Shown: piece after piece, positions 39,201 through 52,980 of the stretch | How the letters are laid out: every line of letters starts with the position of its first letter | How positions within the stretch are numbered: position 1 is the stretch's first letter | DNA from: Octopus vulgaris | Taxonomy: Eukaryota | Reading direction: 5' to 3' | DNA: 64,000 bases | Assembly (NCBI GenBank): GCA_951406725.2 | Contig: OX597819.1 | Span: forward strand, 55,056,001 to 55,120,000 | The notes under the pieces: generated by a model | Told to the model about the DNA's origin: nothing | Databases searched by the model: none | Seen by the model: only the letters and a program-made list of their open reading frames with translations | Position numbers and translations under genes: made by a program

Positions 39201-40507
39201 AAAAATATATATATATACATACATATAGTTAGAACACATGTTTGTGTGCCAGTATTCCATAGTTTGACCAAATTTAACCTATCACCATTTTGTTTTCTCT
39301 TTTAGCATAGCATATTCAAGGATTCTTTATACTACATAGTCATCCATTTATAAGATAGTGTAAAATGTGAAGCAATTCAGTTACTTATTTTAGCAGGTTG
39401 ACTGATTTTATAGAGGCTCTTTCATTGGCAGATTTGTAATTTTTACTTATAACTAATCAGACAGCTAACATAGATTCATATCTAATTAAAAGCTTTGCTG
39501 GTGTTAAATTTCTAGGATTAGTGGGGGTGGGGGATTAGATGAATAGATGGAAGAATGGTACACACAGCATACAAAATATAGTAATGTCCCAAGAGGAAAG
39601 CCGTCACTTAGGGCCCGTCAAAGAAACCATAGATCCAGGATTATCCTGATGACTAAGAGTAACTGTCTTCATCAGAGCTCTGGATTACAAGTGTATGCTG
39701 AAGGTAAGTTCATTAATTCGAACCGTACTGGACACTTTCACCCACCTTTCGACAAATATATTCGGAGCAGCACCTCCCACTTTACCCTTAACTCCCTCTC
39801 CAAGTGGAACTCGGAAAAAAAATGATGAGTGCTTGACCGAAAGGGAAAGGCCTTGACTTCAGACCTTTTAATTCTGTTCACCTCACAATCTTCTTCGCCA
39901 TAGCTATCAGACAGAAGAAAACCGCTTGATAAGTGTGGTCTTCACGATGGATATAGCCTATAGTGAGATACGTTCTACATGTGACAACTGTTGTTTAAAT
40001 TAACACCATTAATTAAAAATACTTGATCACTAAAAGAGCATACATCTGGAAAAGTTCTAAGTAGCGACACTTCCGTATCGGCATAGTTTAATTCTAACTG
40101 GTAGTGACACCCTGTAACATCTCTAGACAGGGATTTTTCTAAGTTAACCATAGACGCTGAACCGAAATTCTTCCCAAGCTGGTTCTCATCGAGCTCCAAA
40201 GTTTCTTTAAGAATGTCACCAATCTTTCCTGTCACTAGTCCTCAAATCAAGTTCCACCGGTTGCATTACCCAAATGGTAGAGGACCGTGAGTTCCGAAAA
40301 ATATTTACTTTACATATATATAGGCATGTAAACTTAAGCGCGCGAGCGCGTACACACACACACATGTAGTCGAGATCAACCAAAGTCGAAGCACAAGCAG
40401 ACTGTCATTTTTTTATATGATAAACACACTGACAGACAGACACACACACATACACAATTCCATAATATACAATACATTATATTCATATACATACGCATAC
40501 ATATATA

Positions 40508-40544
<37 letters not shown>

Positions 40545-40644
40545 AGTAAAGAATAGCTCACTTTCCCCTTTCTTCCTAGATGTACAGATGTGTGTGCCTA
40601 TGTATGCATAAGTGTGCGCGCGCGTATGTATTTAGATAGTTAGT

Positions 40645-40756
<112 letters not shown>

Positions 40757-41603
40757 GCATTTATGTTTTGCTATGTATGTAAGGACCCACTACTGTTTGC
40801 CAAGGACAGAATATTTTTAAACTTTTCCATCAAGGATCTTCCAATTCTCTCAAAACAGCACAAACAAGAAGCTAATCCCAGTGAGAATATTCAAAATTCT
40901 ACTTCGTTAAATTCGCCATTCCCTAAAGCTCAGCTGTTTCATTCTGGTGACTGCTTTGAAGATAAAAACATTTGCGGCATTTCCTTGGCATTACTCCTAA
41001 GGAAGTCGTTATAACAGATCAGCCACTCCTGGTCTGAAGACCCCTCATCAAATGTAGCTGGGTTTTTTTTTTATAAACTCCAGCATATACAGTAAATTTA
41101 TCAGATTGTTTTTGTTAGTTTTTGTTTTATTGTATTTTATTTCTCTGTCAGTCTGAATACCGTTGAGAAGCCAACGGTGTGAAAACTTGGACAAAAGCCA
41201 ATATATGACTCAATGATATTCACGATTAAAATCTTAAAATCTTACATCTTATTCAATAAGTTTGTTAATGTAAATCCTCCTTTCTATTTATTTTGCAGAT
41301 ATATGCGTTTGTGTTAAGTCGTTGGAGAATGTCCAGTCGGTTAAGGGCTTTCTTTACTGTTTTTTTTTCCGCAGTTATTTCAACAGATATTTCTCAGAAA
41401 CGCTTTTGATTCCTTGATGACGAATACTTTCGTTTGGCTTATTAAGAATTAAGGGGTAGAAGAAATAAAAAAAAGAAATGTGCACTGTGTACTCATAGTT
41501 GCACTGTACATACATACATACATACATACACACAAATATAAACATACTAATATGTACACGCATACATACACACACATATATATACATACATACGCATATA
41601 TAC

Positions 41604-41663
<60 letters not shown>

Positions 41664-42429
41664 GCATATATACATACATACACACACATATATATATGTA
41701 TGTATGTATAGACGCATACACAGAGATACACACATACGCACGCACAGGGTGTATGTAAGTAATATTTAACTTATTTTATTTAATAATTTCTCACTCTCTC
41801 TTTCTCCTACTCTGTGTACGTACATATATACATGCATGCATAAACACGCACACACACACACACACACACACAGATATATTTGTATTTGTGTCTACCTGTC
41901 TTCGTACTTTAAATTCCTGATTCAGAATGCGGTCTACCGTTCATAACAGATTAGTTCACCGTTTTTGTTTTTTTTAATTTCTTTTCGGTGTAAAAATAAT
42001 AGCGTTTGATATTAATCATAATGTGAACGTTCGGATCCAGTTAAAGTTCAGATTTCTGTATCATATCAACGAAATGGACTTTTTTTCCTTGTCTTCGATC
42101 ACTTGCAATATTTTTTAAAAATAAAAACAGAATGAACAATCGAGACTAAGTCAACGCTAAGAACTCTGTTGTTATTGTTGTTGTTGCTTTTAATTTCTTC
42201 TTTCATCTTCAGACAGACATTTCGATATCTTTATAAATCGATACAGCTCATGGACTGTTAGTGAATTTGATACAAAGGCAACATTTTCGAAGCTGCTTGT
42301 AATCATATATATGTCTACCTATCCGTCAGTCAAAATGAGTGTCGAGCTTTCTTTTAGCTAATCTATCTGTCTGCCTCCATCCATCTCCTCGCACACACAC
42401 ACACACAAATATGCGCGCGCGCCGGCGCT

Positions 42430-42612
42430 GGTGCCACGTAAAAGAAGCATCCAGTCCACACTGTGTAATGGTCGGCATTTGGAAGGGCATCCAGCCGTAA
42501 AAACCATGCCAAAACAAACACAGCAGCCTGGTACAGTCTTCTACCTGGCCAGCTCTTGTCAAAACGTCCAACCCATGCCAATATGGAAGACGGACGTTAA
42601 ATGATGATGATG
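42430..42612 (+). mobile_element. retroposon 3' part (family E) with (TGA)n tail
   Basis: ggaagggcatccagccgtaaaaacc...ggacgttaaatgatgatgatga; single copy in the window, called from its tail structure. Confidence 0.55.
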
Positions 42613-42616
42613 AGGA

Positions 42617-42776
42617 TTCAGGAGTGGCTGTGTGTAAGTAGATTGCTTACCAACCACATGGTTCGGGGTTCAGTCCCACTGCGTGGCACCTTGGGCAAGT
42701 GTATTCTACTATAGCCTCGGGCCGACCAAAGCCTTGTGAGTGGATTTGGTAGACGGAAACTGAAAGAAGCCCGTCG

Positions 42777-42873
<97 letters not shown>

Positions 42874-43110
42874 GTATGTATGTATGTGTGTGTGTATATG
42901 TTTGTGAGTCAGTGTTTGTCTCCCCACCCCAACATCACTTGACAACGGATGCTGGTGTGTTTACGTCCCCGTAAACTAGCGGTTCGGCAAAAGAGACTGG
43001 TAGAATAAGTACTAGGCTTGCAAAGAATAAGTCCTGGGGTCGATTCGCTTGACAAAAGGCGGTGCTCCAGCATGTCCGCAGTCAAATGACTGAAACAAGT
43101 AATAGAATAA
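42617..43110 (+). mobile_element. SINE family B with expanded internal microsatellite
   Basis: Full-length copy with an internal (TA)(TG)(TATG) tract of ~130 bp. Confidence 0.93.
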
Positions 43111-43142
43111 ATGGAAAAGAATACACACGTACGTACACACAC

Positions 43143-43217
<75 letters not shown>

Positions 43218-43221
<4 letters not shown>

Positions 43222-43463
43222 GTGTTCAAAAAGTCTCTCCGCAGTGAATTTTTTCATCCTGACTCTCCAAGATATATTTCAAAGCATGTGTAGAAGAGGC
43301 AACTTATTTAATGAAAATAAAGGACAACACTTCCAACACCTCGTATAAAGTTTTTTTTTTTTTTTTAAAGTCTTGTAAAGTCTAATATATTCTTTTGTAC
43401 CATGTTATAAATATTTATTTTGCAATAAAATACTAACTGCGGAGAGACTTTTTGAACACCCTA
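43218..43463. mobile_element. Tc1/mariner-type MITE
   Basis: TIRs cagggtgttcaaaaagtctctccgcagt / actgcggagagactttttgaacacccta, followed by TA. Confidence 0.9.
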
Positions 43464-43539
43464 TATAAATATATGTGTGTGTGTGTATATTTATATATGT
43501 ATGTATGTGTATATTTGTGTGTGTGATTATCATCAACCT

Positions 43540-43770
43540 CTGGAAATTGCTTTCTCGAGTTCCAGGATTCATATGGCATGTTACCTGAAACCACATTTGT
43601 GCCCTGAAGCAGATGCCAGTCCGTCAGAGAGTTGCTCATTTACAACTGAATGATCTGTAGCAACGTGGAATGAAATGTTTTTTTTGCTCAAGAACGCAAC
43701 GCACCACCTGGTCCGGGAATTGAAACCACCATCTTGCGAGCAACATCCTAGCCACTTGGCCGCACACCTT
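43540..43770 (-). mobile_element. SINE family C, diverged copy
   Basis: Contains tgctcaagaacgcaacgcaccacctggtccgggaattgaaacc. Confidence 0.65.
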
Positions 43771-43774
43771 CACT

Positions 43775-43806
<32 letters not shown>

Positions 43807-44117
43807 AACAGACATACACCCATACCACACATACGCGCGCACACACACATTTCTATCTTCTCACGCACACACGTGCTCAATGCATATGTCTGTCTATCTA
43901 ATTAAATATCTACATCTAATCTATATCTCTATGTTTGGCAGCTTATCTCTATATCTTAGTAGTTCTGAGCGTTTAAGCATTAAAAGAAGGATTTAATTTT
44001 AATGATAATTCTAACGTTATAATTAGCATTGAAAATAAGAGCTAATAATTAAATAATTATGAATTTAAGAATGGGAAAATTATGACATTTTTAAAATGAA
44101 GATATAGTAAATAATCT

Positions 44118-44357
44118 TATTAATAGTTATCGCCAAGCTAAACTGGCAGTTCGGGAAAATAGGACGAATGCTGCTGTTGATTAGCTCTAAGAGGCCATCG
44201 CCTCTAGCTAGCTATGTGACACACGAACCTGTGTCCATTGTAACAGGTTCGTGTGTCACATAGCTAGCTAGAGGTGATGGCCTCTTGGAGCTAATCAACG
44301 GCAGCATTCGTTCTATTTTCCTGGACTGCCATGTTAGCTTGGCGATAACTATTAATA
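44118..44357. repeat. 240-bp foldback (115-bp arms, 10-nt loop)
   Basis: Arms 44118-44232 and 44243-44357 with 8 mismatches. A diverged single-arm homolog lies at ~12787-12880. Confidence 0.97.
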
Positions 44358-44446
44358 TCCAGTACCGCTATCGTAGTCTCCCTTATAGGGACATAGAAAT
44401 ATTAATATTTCTATCAATAATTGTTATTGCTATCATAATTTCGAAA

Positions 44447-44645
44447 AGCAGCGAACTGGCAGAATCGTTAACACGTTGGGCAAAATGTTTACCGGCATTT
44501 CGTTCGTCTATACGTTGTGAGTTCAAATCTGGAAAGACGAAAGGCTGTCAAGCTGTGTTCAAATTGCACCCAGCTTGACAGCCTTTCGTCTTTCCGGATT
44601 TGTTGAAATAAGTAACACACGGGTCGATGTAATCGGTTATCGTCA
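44447..44645 (+). mobile_element. SINE family A with internal inverted duplication
   Basis: Family A head; a 32-bp inverted repeat spans 44524-44602. Confidence 0.75.
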
Positions 44646-44727
44646 CAAAAACACGCACACACACACACACAGATTTTTAGGTGTGTGGTTTAGAGGTTAC
44701 GCTTAGGGGTATTGCATTCACGATTCT

Positions 44728-44797
<70 letters not shown>

Positions 44798-45101
44798 TGA
44801 AAAGTGTAAATTAATCTTTATTAGATAGCACGAAATCTTAAAATATAGGATTATCCAAAATTTTTCAATCTTGCTCATTCCACCTTGGGTTATAGAACAC
44901 ATTTAGAGTAGATTGTAGGTATTTGACATCTACTTCTAGCGTATAGGCTCTACATTCCAGCGCCCTTAATTATAATTATATTTTTATAATTGTATACTTA
45001 AAAATTAATTTTTACCGATATAGTCGGGTTTTTTTTATATGTTAGCCACTGATATAAACATTTTAATGATTATATCTTCAATTTATAAGTGTATATATAT
45101 A

Positions 45102-45871
45102 CTGGGTGCGGTGAATATATTGTCGCCTAAATTACACAGAAATGAAAATAACACTGACATCTCATTACCAAACAATGATTACCAAAATTACATTAAAATA
45201 ACTTGAAATACTGAGCAGTAAATTTATTCTGTAAAATCGCCATTGGCTTCAACTACGGCCTCCAGACGACTCCGAAATCTCTTGCAACTCTTCTGGACGG
45301 TCTCCTTGTTTAAGTAGGTGATTGCTACCATAATCCTTGCCTTCAGTTTATCTTTGGTGTTAAAAAGAAGTTTTCTTGGTCTGTCGTTCGACTGCGCCCC
45401 ACACATAATAATCAAGGGGGTTGCAGTCTGGGGAGTTAGGTGGCTAGATGTTAGGCGGGATGTGGTCTCAGAAATTGTCTGACAGCCATGACTGGGTTCT
45501 CCTGCTTGTGTGGCATGTTGCAGAGTCCTGTTGCCAGACATAAGGTCTTCCATCAGCTATCCTCTTTACCCAGGGCAGCACTACCTCCTCTAGGCACTTG
45601 ATGTAAGCCTCCGTGTTCAGTGTAAGGCCGTATGGGAAGACGAATGGAGGCATAACTTCGCCATCACTAGTGATCACTCCAAACACGATGATGTTGATAG
45701 GATGTTTGGATTTTATCACTCTCGGTACATGTTTTGGGGACTCAGATTGACACGCAACACTGAAATATTCGTACTGGAGCTTCCGGCGCGAATGCCAAAC
45801 AGTACAGCATGTCATTTCCTAATTTCTGGCAGAAAAATATAAAACGACGACAATTTACCCAAGGCACCCTG
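45102..45871 (-). mobile_element. DD37D (maT-type) Tc1/mariner element, internally deleted
   Basis: QQD SATCHTSRRTQSWLSDNF*DHIPPNI*PPNSPDCNPL DYYVW gives 37 residues between the catalytic aspartates. Imperfect TIRs ctgggtgcggtgaatatattgtcg / cgacaatttacccaaggcaccctg. Confidence 0.85.
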
Positions 45872-45931
45872 TGTATATGTATGTGCGTGTGTGTGTGTGT
45901 GTGTATAAAAGATAGATAGATAGATAGATAC

Positions 45932-46315
45932 CCTTTTACATGTTTCAGTCATTTGACTGTGACCATGCTGCAGCACCGCCTTTAGTCGAGCAAATAGACC
46001 CCAGGACTTATTCTTTGTAAGCATAGTACTTATTCTATCGGTCTCTTTTGACGAACCACTAAGTTACGGGAACGTAAACACACCAACATCGGTTGTCAAG
46101 CGATGTTGGGGGGACAAACACAGACACACAAACATATATATATATATATATACGACGGGCTTCTTTCAGTTTCCGTCTACCAAATCCACTCACAAGGCTT
46201 TGGTCGGCCCGAGGCTATAGTAGAAGACACTTGCCCAAGGTGCCATGCAATAGGACTGAACCCGGAACCATGTGGTTCGTAAGCAAGCTTCTTACCACAC
46301 AGCCACTCCTACGCC

Positions 46316-46316
<1 letters not shown>
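45932..46316 (-). mobile_element. SINE family B inserted in (GATA)n
   Basis: Full-length copy with (GATA)n on both flanks. Confidence 0.93.
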
Positions 46317-46383
<67 letters not shown>

Positions 46384-47020
46384 CATGCGTCAAACTGAAA
46401 CTCTGAATAGCGATGAAATGAATAGTTAGCTACAAATGAATATATTCAGTTATGGTTTATTTAATTACCCATTTGTAACACGTGAAAGTGGTTCAATAAG
46501 GTTATTTTTCATTTTGAAAATCACATGATTATTTGAACCAATTAAATATACTTCCATCATATCAGCTCAAATGGACTTTCAACCTTTCTGTATACCACAT
46601 GACTCTGTTCTGAAGCTATTTTCAGTCCATCATGATTGGACACCGATAGGGCGTTCTTACTTTCAAGCTGTTTAAAAGCGACGACGCAGCAGAATGGTTA
46701 AGCACGCTGGGTAAAGTGCAAAGTGGTATTCCTTCCCGTTCTTTATATTCCGAGTTCAAATCCCGCCTTCACCTTTCATGCTTTCAGGGTCGATAAAAGG
46801 AATACTAGCTAAGTACTAAAGTCGATTTAAAGTCAAAATTGCTGGCTTTGTGCCAAAATTACAAATGAATTTTAAGCCGTTTTGAAATAAAAACGCAATG
46901 TCTGTTTTGAGCAATATTTTTTCCACCGTTACATAAGCATTACCATTTCTCGTTTTTGTCAGCGTTTGTCGCAGTGCTTGCTGGCAGCACGCCGAACTGC
47001 AAAACTGTACCGTCTCTCTG

Positions 47021-47052
<32 letters not shown>

Positions 47053-47094
47053 TGTCTCTCTCTCTCTGTCTCTCTCTCTCTCTGTCTCTCTCTC

Positions 47095-47140
<46 letters not shown>

Positions 47141-48222
47141 GCGCGCGCGCGCGCGCGCACACATACACTATCTCTTGTAATTGAATCAATTACAAGAGAT
47201 ATACAAGAGTATAATCAAAGGAATATTTTTCTCGTATTTTTCTTTGTCAGTAACAGTTATACCTCAAAATAACATTGAATTAGGCAAAACTCGTCGTACA
47301 TTTATTTTCATATAAATTTTACCTGAAAAACAAATATTGTTCCACAAATACCCTCTGCCATCAACAAACAGGTTTCTATCTTGTGAACATTTAGTCATTT
47401 TGTTTCATACGAAATATTTTCAATTTTTCGCAAATTAATTTTCTGTTTTTATGTGACCAATGCAAATATTAATGAAAAAAAAAAAGGCATGGGATGGGGG
47501 CGATACATACCCTACTCACAGATAAATTTGTTCGCAAATTATAGTTTGGCTTACAATGCGTTACTTACCTGTGCTTATTAACTGAACTGAATTAAGTTTT
47601 GTAAGTGTTTGGCTAAACTTGCTTATCAGGAAATTTGTAAGTTCGATTAAAAAATTTTTTTTTCTATTTTTAATTATCACCATTATAGGTATTTATACTC
47701 CGGTAAAATTAAGAAATCAACTCGAAAATAAAGGTAACCCTCGAATCCATCTCTGTACACACACACACACACACACATACACACACAGACACACACACAC
47801 ACACACACACACCACATACACGCACGGTAGCATATCTATGTATGTATTTATGTATGTTTGAAGATAATCAAACTAAGTTTTCATCCTTTCGAGCCACCCA
47901 CCCAATGAGTATTTCTGCCAAATTTGGTGAAAATGCAGTCTGACATTTTCCAGTAATTTTGCAAACAAACTAAGACGATACCATGCTTTCATTTACGCGC
48001 GCAGGGTAACATTAATAACAATAATGATGATGATGATGATGATGATAATAATACTTTCTACTATAGGCACAAGGCCTGAAATTATGGTGAAAGGGATCTA
48101 GTCTAAAATAGGTGGTCAACTTGCAAAATAAGGTATGTATGTATGTATGTATGTATGTATGTATGTATGTATGTATGTATGTATGTATGTATGTATGTAT
48201 GTATGTATACTTGTGTTTATTT

Positions 48223-48309
<87 letters not shown>

Positions 48310-48436
48310 GAAGATATGAATTTCGAATAGTCACATATCTGTCTACCTGTCTATCACACATATTGTGAAGGTAATGAACAAAAGCTAAGACATTTAAGAC
48401 ATATATATATATATATATGTGTGTGTGTATTTTATT

Positions 48437-48494
<58 letters not shown>

Positions 48495-48711
48495 GTGTAT
48501 ATGTTGAAGGCAGTTTTCTCTTGTGTTTAAATGCACACTATTTTATATTGAGAATATGTTGCCTATTGCCTTTTTATACATGCTAGGCCACTGGTGGTGA
48601 AATTTCTAAAAACATTCCCTACCCTATATTTTACACATACACACACACATTCATATAGTTATAGCTTTGTGTGAGTGTGTGTATTATGTGTATTGTTGGG
48701 TAAGAATGTAA

Positions 48712-49045
48712 ATAGGTTCATTATCGAACACTTCAGTCTTGAAATACTTTCGTGATTGAATATATTCGTTCTATCTTAGAAATGCTACGATACACCAGTA
48801 ACTATAGTGATGCACGCCATTTTCTCCAAAACGGTTAAGTTTTATGTTTGTGTGGCTTCAGTTGTTTTGTCGATCTGCCGGTGGTTATATATTCGAAAAT
48901 CAATATTCTAACGAATATTAGTAGAAGATATCCAACTCCATAGTTTTTCAATTATATTATCCATATTGAATATTTATCAATTTAATGTTTTCATTAAATT
49001 ATGAAAATATTTAAGGAACGGAAGTGTTCGATAATGTTCGACATT
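48712..49045. mobile_element. putative MITE
   Basis: cattatcgaacacttc (48719) and gaagtgttcgataatg (49021) form a perfect 16-bp inverted pair, with weaker extension inward. Confidence 0.55.
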
Positions 49046-49079
49046 GTTTATTGTGTCTGATCACAATAGTTAGGAGGGG

Positions 49080-49118
49080 GCCTGTGTCTGCCGGTGAAGC
49101 CGAATGGTTTAATGCTAG
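49080..49118 (+). mobile_element. Helitron-like 3' terminus
   Basis: Hairpin cggtgaagccg followed by CTAG|T. Confidence 0.5.
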
Positions 49119-49769
49119 TTATAAAACTTTAATTAAATTAATTTCAAATGATACTTTACAAAAATAATATAGTTTTAGTTTCAAAAACTGGAAAAATTGC
49201 ATATTATTTTCATTATATCAGAAGTTCTTTCATCACAGTATTTATTGTAAAACTGTGAGCCCTGCTTAAAACAACATTAAACTAATCTCTTGTACCTCAA
49301 CCTATTCTCATTTTCCTTCTCCCACTCAATCAGTCTTTTCGTGTTTTCCAATGAGTGAAATATGATAAACATCTCATCCTTCCACTCACTTTCATTTTAC
49401 GTCTTTATTATTCATTCATTCTCTATTTGCTGTTTGATTGCACCTTACTTCCATTCTGGCTCCTTAGTGTAATAATTCAACCGATGTCTGTCTGCCTAAT
49501 TTCGCTCAGAAGGCTTTGGTTAACTCGGCAAAACTTGCTTTAGATGCGACACAGTGGGATCGAGTCCGGACTTTGTATTGCGAAGTAAACTGCTTAATCA
49601 TTTGGCCATGCAGTGTCCACACACATACATAATGCACACGCGTGCAAACATGTATATACATAGTTATATGCATATACTTCGCTTTTTCTTTATTAGTATA
49701 CTTTCTTGAAGGAGAGAGCTGATTTCTAACAAAAGCTTCATTATCGGAATTTGAGTAAAAATAATAACT

Positions 49770-50640
49770 GTTACATATCGAACTTTAAAGGCGTACATAT
49801 ATTTTTACTGTTCCACGCGCAGATTGAATTTGTAAAGTGCATGTTACTCGGTCTCTTTCTGTGCTTGAAGATTCTAAAATTTCCAGATTGTCCACATAGA
49901 CAATTAGTAACATAGCCAAATGCACCAATGATTAATGGTATAAATGTAAATTTATAATCCAAGTAGAGGACCTAAGGTTTCGAAGCGGTCGCCCATAGAT
50001 ATTCTCTTCGCAAATTTTGGAAGACATATTCAATTTGCAGGTCACCTAGCCTCTATGATTCTATACGAGGGAATGCTGAAAAGTGTATGACATTGAGTAA
50101 AAAAAATACAGGAGGATCAGTAAATTATGATTTTATTCAACATATTTCCCTCTCAGATTGACACACTTATTGCAGCGGTCCTCTAAGCCTTGTAAAAGAA
50201 CTCAGGAGATTGGGCCTCCAACCAAGCCTTTCGTGATGCCCTTAAAGCCAGCAACTATTCAGCACTCCCTCGTATGACTTTTTTTTTTCTGTCCCAAATA
50301 ACTGAATTGGGTCTGTTATGCTTGCACTTGGCAGAAGCTTTTGATGGGATGCATAAGTATGTGTTCTTCTCTTTCGTTTTTTTTTTTTAATTTAGTGTAA
50401 ATCTTGACGGTCTCCGGCTTGGTAGCGAGATTGCGAAAGGAAAGCATCTTTTTTTGTTCATCATCCTTTAAATCTTAAGGGGGTCTTGCAGATTTTTGTA
50501 GTCTCAAATATCGTAATCATTTGTAGTGTATGGATTAAAGATACGCGTTCATTCTCCAAGAAGACAAGTTCAGCCATACTTTGCTCCAGCTGGGTTGGTA
50601 TGTCTTCTGTTCCTCCAATAATAACGGGTATGAAGATGAA
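49770..50640 (-). mobile_element. two fragments of a restriction-like-endonuclease LINE C-terminus
   Basis: DYKFTFIPLIIGAFG and KHNRPNSVIWDRK (49770-50330, interrupted by a MITE); a second fragment TFIFIPVIIGG...KICKTPLRF (50461-50640). Confidence 0.65.
50066..50272. mobile_element. mariner-type MITE nested in the LINE fragment
   Basis: TA|cgagggaatgctgaaaagt ... actattcagcactccctcg|TA. Confidence 0.88.
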
Positions 50641-51467
50641 AGTGTATGTATGTATATGTATGTGTGTATGTATGTATGTATGTATGTATGTATGTATGTA
50701 TGTATGTATGTATGTATGTATGTATGTATGTATGGGTGCCTGTGGGTGTATGTATGTGTGTGTGTATGTATGTACGAATGTACGTATGTATGTTCGCATG
50801 TATGCATGAATGGATGAATTGATGGATGGATGGTTGGTAGGATGGTTGGATCGATAAGGATACGTGTACTTTCTCTCTGACTTCCATCAAACGTTACGAG
50901 TGTCAAGAGCATTAGTACTAACATAGTCATAATATATGAATGAATTTATTCTTCTATAATTTTTTTAAACAACAAAAAAAAAGATAGCTTCTTCTTTAGC
51001 GCATGCATACTCTCTCCATCCTGCTTCTTAAAACCTCGCCCAAAGAACTCTGTTCTCTTGGGACATCATAAATTATTCTCCTCAGTACAATGTTTGTTTT
51101 AATAGTTAAAACATCGCTTGAACATCCAATATCGTTTTACCGTTGCTTGCTGAATTTGTGCATCTGTCGACGTTAGAGCTTCTGCGTTGTTGCTACACCT
51201 GCTAGACATAGCAGTAATCTCACCCTTTAAAAAGATACATAGGTTTATGTAGTCTGAGGGACACTATGACAGCAATTAAGCAAGATATTTACGTATGGAA
51301 TGCTTTTATTATAAGTCTGTTGATCGGAACAGACTCGAGAAGCTAGACAGCGACAACATCAGTACTGTCAACAAGAGTAACGGCAACAACAATAACAATA
51401 AAAATTACCAACAAAACATTTAGTAACTAAAGTACCAACAGCGTGCGTTATACATACGTATATATAT

Positions 51468-51697
51468 ATTTCTTTACTACCCACAAGGGACTAAACACAG
51501 AGGGGACAAACAAGGACAGACAAACGGATTAAGTCGATTACATCGACTCCAGTGCGTAACTGGTACTTAATTTATCGACTCCGAAAGGATGAAAGGCAAA
51601 GTCGACCTCTGCGGAATTTGAACTCAGAATGTAGCGGCAGACAAAATACAGGTACGCATTTCGCCCGGCGTGCTAACGTTTCTGCCAGCTCGCCGCC
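51468..51697 (-). mobile_element. SINE family A (tail-1 type)
   Basis: Head plus the acaaacaaggacagacaaacgg tail. Confidence 0.92.
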
Positions 51698-51787
51698 TTT
51701 TATATATTATGCATATACACACACTCACACACACATACATACATACATACATACATACATACATACATACATACATACATGCATACA

Positions 51788-51821
<34 letters not shown>

Positions 51822-51887
51822 CATACATACATACATACATACATACATACACACGCACACACACATATATATATACGCACATGTATA

Positions 51888-52980
51888 CAGGCGTTGGACA
51901 AAATAATGGAAACATCTAGCACCATAGCATCATAATTCTGAAATATCTATAAAACCATCAAAAGCTTGTTTATTTTTATGTTTTTGATTTATTATTAGTG
52001 TTGTTTAATATGTTTTGCTAAAATTGTTGTTTCTTTTAAGATATCATCAGAAAAAGGTAATTAAAATTCATTAAAATGACAGATCTATCGGACTTTCAAA
52101 GAGGTCAAATTGTTGGTTCTCGTATGGCAGGCGCTAGCGTAACAAAAACAGCTGAAATGTTTGGTGTATCAAGAAGTACTGTCTCGAAAGTAATGACAGC
52201 CTTTGAGAAAGAGGGAAAAAGCTCCGTGTTGAAACAAACTCCGAAAGAAAACCAAAACCTTCAGATAGGAACCGTCGGACTCTTACGTGAATTGTTAAAA
52301 AGGATCATAAAAGAACAGCTCCAAAAATTACTGAAGAGCTTAATGACCACGTCGAGAACCCACTTTCCACAAAAACTGTTCCTCGGGAGCTGCACAAAGC
52401 CGGAATTCACGGGAGGGCTGCAATAAAAAAAAACACTACTTTCAAAAACAAACGTTGCAAAGCGTTTCGAGTGGAGTAAAAACCTACAGAATTGGTCCCT
52501 AGAGCAGTGGAAGAATGTTATTTTCTCGGACGAGTCATCTTTTACCTTATTTCCGTCCACCGTCCAAGTATAGGTGTGGAGATAGCCAAAAGAATCATTT
52601 GACCTAGGTTGCTTTCTTCCAACTGTTAAACATGGAGGAGAATCTGTGATGATCTGTATGTGAGTGTGTGGGGAGGCTATATCTTGGAAATCCACCGGCC
52701 CATTGGTTTCCCTTCATGGCAGAATTAATAGTCAAGACTATGTATCTTATTTGATCAAATTCATCCTATGGTTGCGGAACTGATTCCGGAAGGAAACACA
52801 ATCTTTCAGGATGATAATGCACCAATTCACACAGCTAAAGTTATTACTGAATGGCACGAGGAACAGTCTAGTGAAGTTGAACATCTTATCTGGCCACCAC
52901 AGTCCCCAGATCTTAATATTATCGAACTTTTATGGTGCATTTTAGAAAAACAAGTAAGGAGTCGATATCCTTCATCATTG
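51888..52980 (+). mobile_element. Tc1-like transposon, 3' truncated, transposase pseudogene from 52076
   Basis: TA|caggcgttggacaaaataatggaaaca TIR. Translation gives MTDLSDFQRGQIVG (HTH), FSDESSF and FQDDNAPIH...WPPQSPDLNIIE, with frameshifts. Confidence 0.92.

Noticed and set aside
41150-41195. Small hairpin accgttg/caacggt flanked by ctgaa and gaaa
   Set aside because: It does not match a hammerhead or SECIS consensus, and a 7-bp stem is expected by chance.
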